DNA of 64,000 nucleotides, from positions 19,615 through 83,614 of the forward strand of contig JAJRZX010000036.1 of assembly GCA_024275045.1 (NCBI GenBank), read 5' to 3'. Shown here piece by piece: positions 27,496-35,566 of the stretch (positions within the stretch are counted from its first letter, which is position 1; each line of letters opens with the position of its first letter). This DNA comes from Deltaproteobacteria bacterium. Its GTDB lineage: Bacteria > Desulfobacterota > GWC2-55-46 > JADFVP01. The notes under the pieces are model-generated. The model did not search any database and was not told the origin of the DNA. It worked only from the letters and a program-made list of their open reading frames with translations. The position numbers were made by a program, and so were the translations under genes.

Positions 27496-29805
27496 ATGGG
27501 TAAGAAACATGTAGCCATCATAGGCGCCAACAAAGAGGCTCTGCGCCTTCTGCCCATACTCCTTGCGGACAGTGATACTGATATACGCATTATCGCTGAC
27601 AGCAACAGGGATGCCATGATATTCAAGCTCAACGAGCTGGGGTACAGGTTATCGCCGCGTTTAAATATTACTACTACATACAACCTCTCGGATATTAAGG
27701 TTGATACTGAGGTCAACGCCATTATAGATACTCAGCAGGATAGCGAGAGTATTGAGTTCTTGAAGTCCCCGCATTTTGTTGAGATGGAAAAATTCGGTCC
27801 CCTTAGCGCAAGGCTCCTCTGGGAGGTGCGCGGCTCATTTGAGCAGGGCAAGGAGGGCGGCAACAAGGGCGCTATATTTACCTCTCTAAGAGAGATAGTG
27901 AACGCTCTGTATCTTATTACCGACAGAAAAGAGCTTACCTCCGTAATATTAAAGCTTGTAGTTGAGTTTACCGGTGCCCAGCGCGCCTCCATGATGCTTG
28001 TCAATGAGGCTGAGAACAACCTGCGCGTTGATTCGGCATGCGGCATGGATGAAGAAGTGATAAGAAAGATACGCGTACCCATTGGCTCCGGAGTATCCGG
28101 TTATGTGGCGGGCAGCGGCCATGCCGTTATTATATCAGGCAAGGCAGATCCCGTGCAGTACGTAAGGCCAATGGAGAGGGATGACGCCAAGAGCGCCATG
28201 AGCGTGCCTCTTAAGATTGAGAATAAGGTCATAGGGGTGATAAACGTAAGCTCCAGTGAGTCCTCGTCCCTGTATTCCAATGAGGATCTGGACTTTTTAT
28301 CTGGTTTTGCCGTACTTGCGGCAAAGGTAATATATAAATCCCTTGAGTACGAAGAGATTCGTTCAGACGCGGCCAAGTTCTCCTTCTGGAAAGAGATTGA
28401 CGGCATGATGTCCTCTGAGAGGCCCGGAGAAAAAGACCTTACAGCCATAGTTAAGAGGATAGCCCGTGAGGTTCCCGGGCTTACATGCCTGCTTTATCTC
28501 TATAATGAGAAGACAAAGAGCCTCATACTGAAGGCATCAAGCACAGGCGGTACGGGCGGGCTCGGGCTCTTTGGCGGCATCAGGCAGGGCCACGGCATTG
28601 AGGGTTTTGCCATGGATACGAAAAAAGACGTCTTTCTCGTAGACAGAACAGAGGAAGACAATCTGAAAAAACTGTATATCTCACTCCCAATGGTCTGTAA
28701 CGGCCATTTTGTAGGTACTCTCAGCGGTCAGGTTGTCTCCGCAGAGGGGTTATCCACGTATCATGAGTCTTTTCTAAAAGACATCAGAACGCTTGTGGCC
28801 GAGAGCGTGTACAGGTCCATGCATGTGGATATGGAGAATCGCCGTGAGAAGAAAGTATCAAGCATAGATGATTTCGGTCTTGAGCTTATTACGGTTACCG
28901 ATAAGGTAAAGCTCACGCGCCTTATAGCCAGAAAGGCCGCGGATGCCGTTGCAGCGGACGGCGCTCTGCTGAGACTTGAGCAAGATGACAGGCGTTATCA
29001 GACAGCCGCCTCTTACGGCCTTGATGAGTCCGGGCTGAGACAGGAGTTTCATTACATTGAGAAAGAGACCGTACTTGAGGTTCTGCGTAAAAAAGAACCT
29101 GTCTCACGCGAGTTCTCTGAGTCTGCTTCGCCTTCCATTAAATGCGTTTTTTCCGTACCCCTTTATATTGATGGTGAGATAAAAGGCGTACTGACGCTCT
29201 TTCACAAGACATATGAGGATACAATGTACTCGGGGGCCTTCTCTGATGAGGACGCCACTATACTGCAGAGATTCCTCCTCTTTGCCGAGCGCGCACTTGA
29301 TGTAACCGTATTCAGGGCCCTTGGTGAGGGCAGAGACGGGCACAAGGAGCGCGAAGTGGCGCCAATGGCCGCACTGGAGATTAAAGTTGAAGAAGAGCTT
29401 AACAGGGCAAGACGTATGGATAAGCAGTTTATCCTCTCCACTCTGCGTATTGTGGGGCCTGAGGATATATCAAAGAATAAGATGAAGGCCATATCGGCAA
29501 AGTTCTTTGAAATAGTAAAAGACGAGTCGAGAAATTTTGATTATGTAGTAAGGCTTAGTGATGATGTCTTCGGATTAATCTATCCGCAGACTGCCGGTGA
29601 TGTAAGGCGTGTTATTGAGGCCGTTGTCACCGCCATAAAAGACACACCTCTGCTCAACAAATCCTTCCTCGAAGAAAACCTTCAAGCCTACTATGGCTCC
29701 GCCCAATTCCCTACCGATGGAGATTCCTTTACCGCACTCTTTGCAAAGGCCGCGAGACGTGATATTATAAATCTTGACAGGACCTTTGACCACAAGGTGA
29801 AGTGA
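27496..29805 (+). CDS. Multi-GAF-domain regulator with a C-terminal degenerate GGDEF-like domain
   Basis: Three GAF-like segments at ~aa 140-290, 300-460 and 470-610. The C-terminus aligns to the GGDEF fold, but the signature is RLSDDVF instead of R-x-GG-D/E-EF. Confidence 0.65.
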   Translation: MGKKHVAIIGANKEALRLLPILLADSDTDIRIIADSNRDAMIFKLNELGYRLSPRLNITTTYNLSDIKVDTEVNAIIDTQQDSESIEFLKSPHFVEMEKFGPLSARLLWEVRGSFEQGKEGGNKGAIFTSLREIVNALYLITDRKELTSVILKLVVEFTGAQRASMMLVNEAENNLRVDSACGMDEEVIRKIRVPIGSGVSGYVAGSGHAVIISGKADPVQYVRPMERDDAKSAMSVPLKIENKVIGVINVSSSESSSLYSNEDLDFLSGFAVLAAKVIYKSLEYEEIRSDAAKFSFWKEIDGMMSSERPGEKDLTAIVKRIAREVPGLTCLLYLYNEKTKSLILKASSTGGTGGLGLFGGIRQGHGIEGFAMDTKKDVFLVDRTEEDNLKKLYISLPMVCNGHFVGTLSGQVVSAEGLSTYHESFLKDIRTLVAESVYRSMHVDMENRREKKVSSIDDFGLELITVTDKVKLTRLIARKAADAVAADGALLRLEQDDRRYQTAASYGLDESGLRQEFHYIEKETVLEVLRKKEPVSREFSESASPSIKCVFSVPLYIDGEIKGVLTLFHKTYEDTMYSGAFSDEDATILQRFLLFAERALDVTVFRALGEGRDGHKEREVAPMAALEIKVEEELNRARRMDKQFILSTLRIVGPEDISKNKMKAISAKFFEIVKDESRNFDYVVRLSDDVFGLIYPQTAGDVRRVIEAVVTAIKDTPLLNKSFLEENLQAYYGSAQFPTDGDSFTALFAKAARRDIINLDRTFDHKVK

Positions 29806-29920
29806 GAGGTAAAGGAATCTCTACCCTTCTTTTCTTGTTCTTTTTATCTTTGATGAAGTTGCCGCAGGTGTGCTTTTTGATACCTCATAAACCTCAGATG
29901 TTTGGAGATATTATTCTTTT

Positions 29921-30169
29921 ATGATTGAGGTACGGTTTTTTGCCATGCTGAAAAAGCTCTCCGGTACCGGCGCCAGGCAGTACGAGGTGAGTGAGCCCAT
30001 TACTGTGCTTGAGCTTAAACAGTTGCTAAAAGAAGACATGCCCGCGCTTTCAGAGGTCCTTGATTCGCGCTCTGTGCTGGTCTCGGTAAACGAGGAGTTC
30101 GCAAGAGATGATGAGCTTGTGGCAGACGGCGATGTGGTGGGGCTTTTGCCGCCTTTTTCAGGCGGTTAA
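29921..30169 (+). CDS. moaD: Molybdopterin synthase sulfur-carrier subunit MoaD
   Basis: An 82 aa ThiS/MoaD fold ending ...FSGG-stop, immediately upstream of moaE. Confidence 0.8.
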   Translation: MIEVRFFAMLKKLSGTGARQYEVSEPITVLELKQLLKEDMPALSEVLDSRSVLVSVNEEFARDDELVADGDVVGLLPPFSGG

Positions 30170-30202
30170 TATTATTTAAAAACAGATACTTAGGGTAAAA
30201 AT

Positions 30203-30628
30203 ATGAGTACGCTTATTGCGATTCAGGAAGGTCCTTTTTCAGTAGATACGCTTCAGGCCGAGGTTAAGAAAACCTCAAAAGGCATTGGCGCGCTGGTGAG
30301 TTTTACAGGCACCGGCAGAGACCTCTCAAAGGGCGTAGATATTAAGGGCCTTGATTTTGAGCACTACCCGGGCATGGCCGAGAAAAAGCTCATGGATATA
30401 AGAAAGCGTGCCCTTCTGAACTTTGACATTATAGAGATGGCCATAATTCACAGAGTGGGTCACATTGATATAGGCGAGGATATTGTGCTTATTGTAGCTG
30501 CCTCTGCCCATCGAAATGATGCCTTTATGGCCTGCGAGTGGGCTATTACGGAGTTAAAGCGCACCACCCCAATATGGAAGAGCGAGACTACTGCCACAGG
30601 TGATGTCTGGGTTACGGACACCCCTTGA
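30203..30628 (+). CDS. moaE: Molybdopterin synthase catalytic subunit MoaE
   Basis: A MoaE family protein of 141 aa. Confidence 0.85.
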   Translation: MSTLIAIQEGPFSVDTLQAEVKKTSKGIGALVSFTGTGRDLSKGVDIKGLDFEHYPGMAEKKLMDIRKRALLNFDIIEMAIIHRVGHIDIGEDIVLIVAASAHRNDAFMACEWAITELKRTTPIWKSETTATGDVWVTDTP

Positions 30629-30634
30629 TAGCGT

Positions 30635-31156
30635 GTGAATATGAGTGATGTAAGAGATAAGTCCATTATAACCGCGGCCATACTTACTGTCAGCGACAAA
30701 GGTTCCATTGGTGAGCGTGAGGATAAGAGCGGACCGGAGGTTGCGTCCCTCATAATAGATCTGCCGGCGAAGATAGTGGCTCGTGATATTGTTGCCGATG
30801 AAGTCTCTCTTATCAGTGAGAAACTCATTGATTATATAGATAATCAGGGAATAGACCTTGTGATTACCACCGGCGGTACGGGAGTTACGCCAAGGGATGT
30901 AACGCCTGAGGCCACAAGGGCGGTCCTTGAGAGGGAGCTGCCGGGCATGAGCGAGGCCATGCGCGCCGAGAGCCTTAAAAAAACCCCTTATGCCATGGTA
31001 TCACGGGCGCTCTGCGGTGTACGCGGCACTTCTCTTATCATAAACCTGCCGGGCAGCCCCCGCGCGGTGCGGGAAAACCTGGCAGTGGTTATACCTGCCA
31101 TATGGCACACTGTGCTGAAGATAAAAGGCTCGTCTGAGGACTGCGGCGCAAATTAA
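30635..31156 (+). CDS. mog: Molybdenum cofactor biosynthesis protein MogA/MoaB
   Basis: A MoCF_biosynth fold with the GGTG motif. Confidence 0.8.
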   Translation: MNMSDVRDKSIITAAILTVSDKGSIGEREDKSGPEVASLIIDLPAKIVARDIVADEVSLISEKLIDYIDNQGIDLVITTGGTGVTPRDVTPEATRAVLERELPGMSEAMRAESLKKTPYAMVSRALCGVRGTSLIINLPGSPRAVRENLAVVIPAIWHTVLKIKGSSEDCGAN

Positions 31157-31214
31157 AGCGCTGTTTCGCCACTCTGATAAGCTCTTTTTTTAAAACCTCT
31201 TTTAAGTGCCGCAC

Positions 31215-32063
31215 TCAGTCCAGCAGGTTTCTTACCACAAAGTAAATATTCTCTTTTCTCTCCCTTAGACGGCGCAGTACATAGGCGAACCAGTCTTTGC
31301 CGTAGGGCACATATATCCGCACCTTATAACCCTCATCTGCCAGGGTTTTTTGCTGTCTGCGTTTTATGCCGAGAAGCATCTGAAACTCAAAACTCTCTCT
31401 GCTGATATTGTGTTTCTGCGTAAAGTCTTTGGCCGCCTCTATCATGGCCTCATCGTGTGTTGCCACTGCCGTGTTTTTGCCTTCAAGAAGCAGACGTTCC
31501 ATGAGGGAGATATAATTTACGTCAACGAGTTTTTTCTCCTGAAAACCAATACCCGGGGGCTCCATGTATGCGCCCTTTACAAGGCGAACGCCTGCGCCGG
31601 CCTTGATAAGTCTTTTTACATCCTCACTGCTTCGTACAAGGGCGCTCTGGATGGCAATGCCGGAGTCTGGAAAATCCTCATGCACTTTAAGAAAGAGATT
31701 TATCGTATCCTCTGTGTACTTCGAGCGCTCCATATCAAGGCGAGTAAAAATATTCAGTACATAGGCTTTTTTAAGGATTTTTCTAAGGTTGCTCTCAGTA
31801 AGCTCACGGGAGATATCAAGGCCAAGGTGAGTTAGTTTTAAGGAAATGGAGGCCTCTATGCCGGTACTGCGTATATCATCAAGAAGTGCAAGGTACTCTT
31901 GTACTGCCTCTGATGCGTGCTCTTCATCAGTAACGCCTTCGCCAAGTACGTCAATGGTAGCCAGGAGCCCGAGTTTATTAAGTTCGCGGCAGACCTTGAC
32001 GGCATGCTCTCGTTCTGTTCCCGCAATGTATCTGTGTGCAAGGTATTCGGTAAAACCTCTCAT
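31215..32063 (-). CDS. Proline dehydrogenase (monofunctional PutB-like)
   Basis: Aligns with bacterial ProDH: RLVKGAY, FEFQML.G, Y.PYG.DW..Y..RRL.ER. 282 aa. Confidence 0.8.
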   Translation of the reverse strand: MRGFTEYLAHRYIAGTEREHAVKVCRELNKLGLLATIDVLGEGVTDEEHASEAVQEYLALLDDIRSTGIEASISLKLTHLGLDISRELTESNLRKILKKAYVLNIFTRLDMERSKYTEDTINLFLKVHEDFPDSGIAIQSALVRSSEDVKRLIKAGAGVRLVKGAYMEPPGIGFQEKKLVDVNYISLMERLLLEGKNTAVATHDEAMIEAAKDFTQKHNISRESFEFQMLLGIKRRQQKTLADEGYKVRIYVPYGKDWFAYVLRRLRERKENIYFVVRNLLD

Positions 32064-33391
32064 GATGGTCTCTTTGCCGTGGTTTTTAGAAACTCATTAA
32101 TACGCTCCTTTAGGCCGTGTTCCTGAAAATCGTCTATCTCATAAGTGATTCTTAAACACGGTTTTTTTATCTCTATAATCTTTGTCAGGTCTATGGGGGT
32201 GGCGATAAGCACGGCATCACATGGCGTGGCGTTTATGGTCTCACGAAGGTCTCTTACCTGTGAGGCGGAGTATCCGATGGCAGGGAGCAGGTTTTTTATA
32301 TGCGGGTATTTTGTAAAAGTATCCTTGATGGTGCCGCAGGCATAGGCGCGCGCATCAACAGGAACCCATCCGTGTTTTTTTGCGGCCGCCCCACCAGCGC
32401 CAAAGGCCATGCCCCCGTGCGTCAGCGTTGGGCCGTCCTCAATTACAAGTACTCTTTTGCCCTCTGCCAGGTCTCCGTCTACATGAAGGGCAAAGGCCGT
32501 TTCTATTATGGGGGCCTCAGGGTTAAGCTCTCTGAGACTTGCTGTAAGGGTCTTAAGGGTACTCGCATCTGCGGAGCGGGCCTTGTTTATTATTATAAGA
32601 CCGGCGCGTCTTATATTTGTCTCTCCCGGATAGTAGGAACGCTCGTCTCCCGGACGCAGGGGGTCGGCTATGGCTATCTCAAGGTCTGCTTTATAAAAAG
32701 GCGTATCATTATTCCCGCCGTCCCATATTATAATATCAGCCTCTTCCTCGGCTTTTTTTAGTATGTTTTCGTAGTCCGTGCCTGCGTAAACTACGAAACC
32801 CTCGGCCACAATAGGCTCGTACTCCTCCATCTCTTCTATGGTGCATTTTTCACGTTTAATATCATCAAGGCTTGCGAACCTCTGAACGCTTCTTGCGCTG
32901 TTAAGGACACCGTATGGCATGGGGTGGCGTATGGCAACGGGACGTAAGCCTGCTTTTTTTATAATGCGTGCCGTAAAACGTGTCAGCGCGCTCTTGCCGC
33001 ACCCTGTTCTTACGGCGCATATGGAGATTAGGGGGAGGCTTGAGGGCAGCATTGTTTTCTCGCTTCCAGGGAGTATGAAGTCGGCTCCAAGTGAGTTCAC
33101 AAGGGCGGCCATACTCATAAGCGCCTTATATGAGATATCGCTGTATGAGAATATGACCTCGTCTATGGAATGTTTTTTTATAAGTTCAGGCAGCCGATCT
33201 TCAAGGTATATGGGTATGCCGTGAGGGTAGAGAGTGCCGGCAAGCTCGGCCGAGTAAGACCTTGAATCTATAAAAGGTATCTGCGTTGCCGTAAAGGCCG
33301 CCACCTCATACTCGGGGTTATCCCTGAAGAGCACGTTGAAATTATGAAAATCTCTTCCCGCTGCGCCCATGATTATTATTTTTTTCTTCAT
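32060..33391 (-). CDS. P-loop NTPase family protein (Walker A RTGCGKS). Possibly related to cyclic 2,3-diphosphoglycerate synthetase/DUF1611-type proteins.
   Basis: 443 aa, overlapping the ProDH gene by 4 bp. The product name is a tentative recollection of an architecture, not an alignment. Confidence 0.35.
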   Translation of the reverse strand: MKKKIIIMGAAGRDFHNFNVLFRDNPEYEVAAFTATQIPFIDSRSYSAELAGTLYPHGIPIYLEDRLPELIKKHSIDEVIFSYSDISYKALMSMAALVNSLGADFILPGSEKTMLPSSLPLISICAVRTGCGKSALTRFTARIIKKAGLRPVAIRHPMPYGVLNSARSVQRFASLDDIKREKCTIEEMEEYEPIVAEGFVVYAGTDYENILKKAEEEADIIIWDGGNNDTPFYKADLEIAIADPLRPGDERSYYPGETNIRRAGLIIINKARSADASTLKTLTASLRELNPEAPIIETAFALHVDGDLAEGKRVLVIEDGPTLTHGGMAFGAGGAAAKKHGWVPVDARAYACGTIKDTFTKYPHIKNLLPAIGYSASQVRDLRETINATPCDAVLIATPIDLTKIIEIKKPCLRITYEIDDFQEHGLKERINEFLKTTAKRPS

Positions 33392-33733
33392 AAAAAGAGG
33401 ATAGCCCTATTAAGGGTGAAAATCAAGCATGAGTACAGGCAGGCAAGGGCAGGGGGAGGCCGAGCGGCCTGTGATTTGACAATTTTTATGATTGGATGTA
33501 ATATATTTATACGCAATACAAAAACATAGAGACTCTTCATTAAAGATCATCAGCACCTGATATGAGTAGTCTTTTTGTCTAAGCAGTCTCGCTGCGAGCG
33601 CATGCCTTAGCCAGGTGATGCAGGTATTTGTCTGCGCTCCGTACTCTTTAAACACCTAACACCCCTGTCTTCTGAGGGGTTGGAGTACATGTATATCTTT
33701 TCATCAAGCAACTCTCAACCGGAGGTTATCGTC

Positions 33734-35458
33734 ATGAATCGATTATCAAACTTCTTGAAGTTCTCAGCGGTATTCTTATTTACGGTTTTTGTATTTGCCT
33801 CCCTCAGCACGGCGGCGGTCTTTCCCGTGCCGGGACTTGAGTGGAGGTGGAACAGCACCCTTGCGGAACCAACATACATTCAGGTAATGATGTCTCCCGA
33901 GTCCGCTGACCTTGACGGTGATGGAATACCGGAGGTAATTTTTATTTCATATCAGCATCGCGCCTGGCAGGCCGATGGTATACTGCGTGCCCTTCACGGC
34001 GCCGACGGCACGGAGTACTTTAACGTACTTGACCCGGCGTTAAGAGCGGCTCCTGGTTCCGACCTTGCCGTAGGGGATATTGATAATGACGGCCTGCCCG
34101 AGATACTGGCCATTAAACAGACGGGCGAGGTGATGTGTTTTGATAATGACGGCACTTGGAAGTGGACGAGCAAGGTGATAGTGGGCATCAGAAAGGCCGT
34201 GGCAATAGCCGATATTGACAACGACGGCGTGCCCGAGGTTATAGCAGGCCGCACTGTACTTAATAACGACGGAAGCATGCGCTGGGTGGGAACGGCAGGC
34301 TCAGGATACGACTCTGTTGTAGCGGACCTTGATCTTGACGGAGTACCGGAGATTGTATCCAGTAATGCGGCATACAGAAACGACGGGACTATCTACTGGT
34401 CCGCTGTAATGGGTACGCGTCACGCAGTGGCAAATTTCAATAAAGACCCTTTTCCAGAGGTGGTTGGAGTTGGTTCACAGGGTGTATATATGGTAGCTCA
34501 TGACGGCACGCCCATCTGGGGCCCCATCGCCTTACCCTCGGCCGCAGGCGGCATAGGCCCTCCTCTGGTAGCTGATTTTGACGGAGATGGTCTGCTTGAT
34601 ATAGGCGTTGCAGGGTACGATTTATACACTGTATTTAACCAAGACGGAACCTACAAGTGGAAGGCCCAAATTCATGACCTCAGCTCCGGTGGCGCCGGCG
34701 CAACGGCCTTTGATTTTGACGGCGACGGGGCCTCTGAGATTGTGTACAGCGATGAGCAGTTTCTGCGCATATTCAGCGGTGTGGACGGCTCGGTGCTCTT
34801 TCAGACCGAAGGCCCCTCGGCTACGCTCTTGGAGCAACCCATAGTACTTGACGTGGACAACGATGGTTTTGCCGAGATAGTAACCGCGCTTAACAACTCA
34901 GACAGGCCCAACCTTAACACGGGCATCGAGGTCTATGGGACTATCCAGCGCTGGCCTCCCTCCAGAACCATCTGGAACCAGTACACATATCACGTCACTA
35001 ACATCAACGACAACGCCACGATACCCATTGCTGAGAAGAATAACTGGGGGGTTTTCAATGACTTCAGGGCCCAGACCTATCAGGGCATTGACCCTGTGCC
35101 GGATCTAAAGGCAAACGGCTCTGATGTCCCTGTTACCGTAACCGCGGGTAACCTTGTCTCTGTAGACGGGGGCATGATACCGAGTATTTATTTTGGTGAT
35201 AATGCTGACTGGTGGGTATGGGCGGATTCTATATTTGGCTCATACTGGTATACGCTGAGTTCAGGGTGGGTGCCTTCGGTTACGCCTGTAATTACCTATG
35301 CCGGGCCGCTCGTGCCTCTTGCTACACGTAATATATTCTCCAGCTCCACTCTTCCCGTAGGCGCTTATGCTGTTCACTTTGATTTAGACATGAACATGAA
35401 CGGGGTTATGGATTTCCCCATGTTCTCTGATAGCGTCCTTATCGATGTTACGCCATGA
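33734..35458 (+). CDS. Secreted FG-GAP/VCBS-repeat beta-propeller protein
   Basis: A signal peptide and at least 7 D-x-D-x-DG-x-x-E calcium-binding FG-GAP motifs (DLDGDGIPE, DIDNDGLPE, DIDNDGVPE, DLDLDGVPE, DFDGDGLLD, DFDGDGASE, DVDNDGFAE). The start is placed at the ATG 7 nt after GGAGG; the ORF-track start at 33680 is upstream and lacks an RBS. Confidence 0.75.
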   Translation: MNRLSNFLKFSAVFLFTVFVFASLSTAAVFPVPGLEWRWNSTLAEPTYIQVMMSPESADLDGDGIPEVIFISYQHRAWQADGILRALHGADGTEYFNVLDPALRAAPGSDLAVGDIDNDGLPEILAIKQTGEVMCFDNDGTWKWTSKVIVGIRKAVAIADIDNDGVPEVIAGRTVLNNDGSMRWVGTAGSGYDSVVADLDLDGVPEIVSSNAAYRNDGTIYWSAVMGTRHAVANFNKDPFPEVVGVGSQGVYMVAHDGTPIWGPIALPSAAGGIGPPLVADFDGDGLLDIGVAGYDLYTVFNQDGTYKWKAQIHDLSSGGAGATAFDFDGDGASEIVYSDEQFLRIFSGVDGSVLFQTEGPSATLLEQPIVLDVDNDGFAEIVTALNNSDRPNLNTGIEVYGTIQRWPPSRTIWNQYTYHVTNINDNATIPIAEKNNWGVFNDFRAQTYQGIDPVPDLKANGSDVPVTVTAGNLVSVDGGMIPSIYFGDNADWWVWADSIFGSYWYTLSSGWVPSVTPVITYAGPLVPLATRNIFSSSTLPVGAYAVHFDLDMNMNGVMDFPMFSDSVLIDVTP

Positions 35459-35489
35459 GTTGCAGCATTAACCTGTACATGTGAAAAAA

Positions 35490-35526
35490 GGGGCGGCCAT
35501 GTAAGAGAGGCCGCCCCTTTTTGATT
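35490..35526. terminator. Bidirectional Rho-independent terminator between the convergent FG-GAP and PAP2-GT genes
   Basis: A 9-bp GC stem (GGGGCGGCC / GGCCGCCCC) with an A6 tract upstream and T5GATTTT downstream. Confidence 0.6.
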
Positions 35527-35562
35527 TTCTTTGCTAACTTTCTTTTTTCCAAAAGAAAGTGG
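35521..35562. repeat. Partial copy (distal ~42 bp) of the dispersed hairpin repeat family
   Basis: ttgattttctttgctaactttcttttttccaaaagaaagtgg aligns with 1751-1793 and 23283-23326. Confidence 0.6.
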
Positions 35563-35566
35563 AGGT

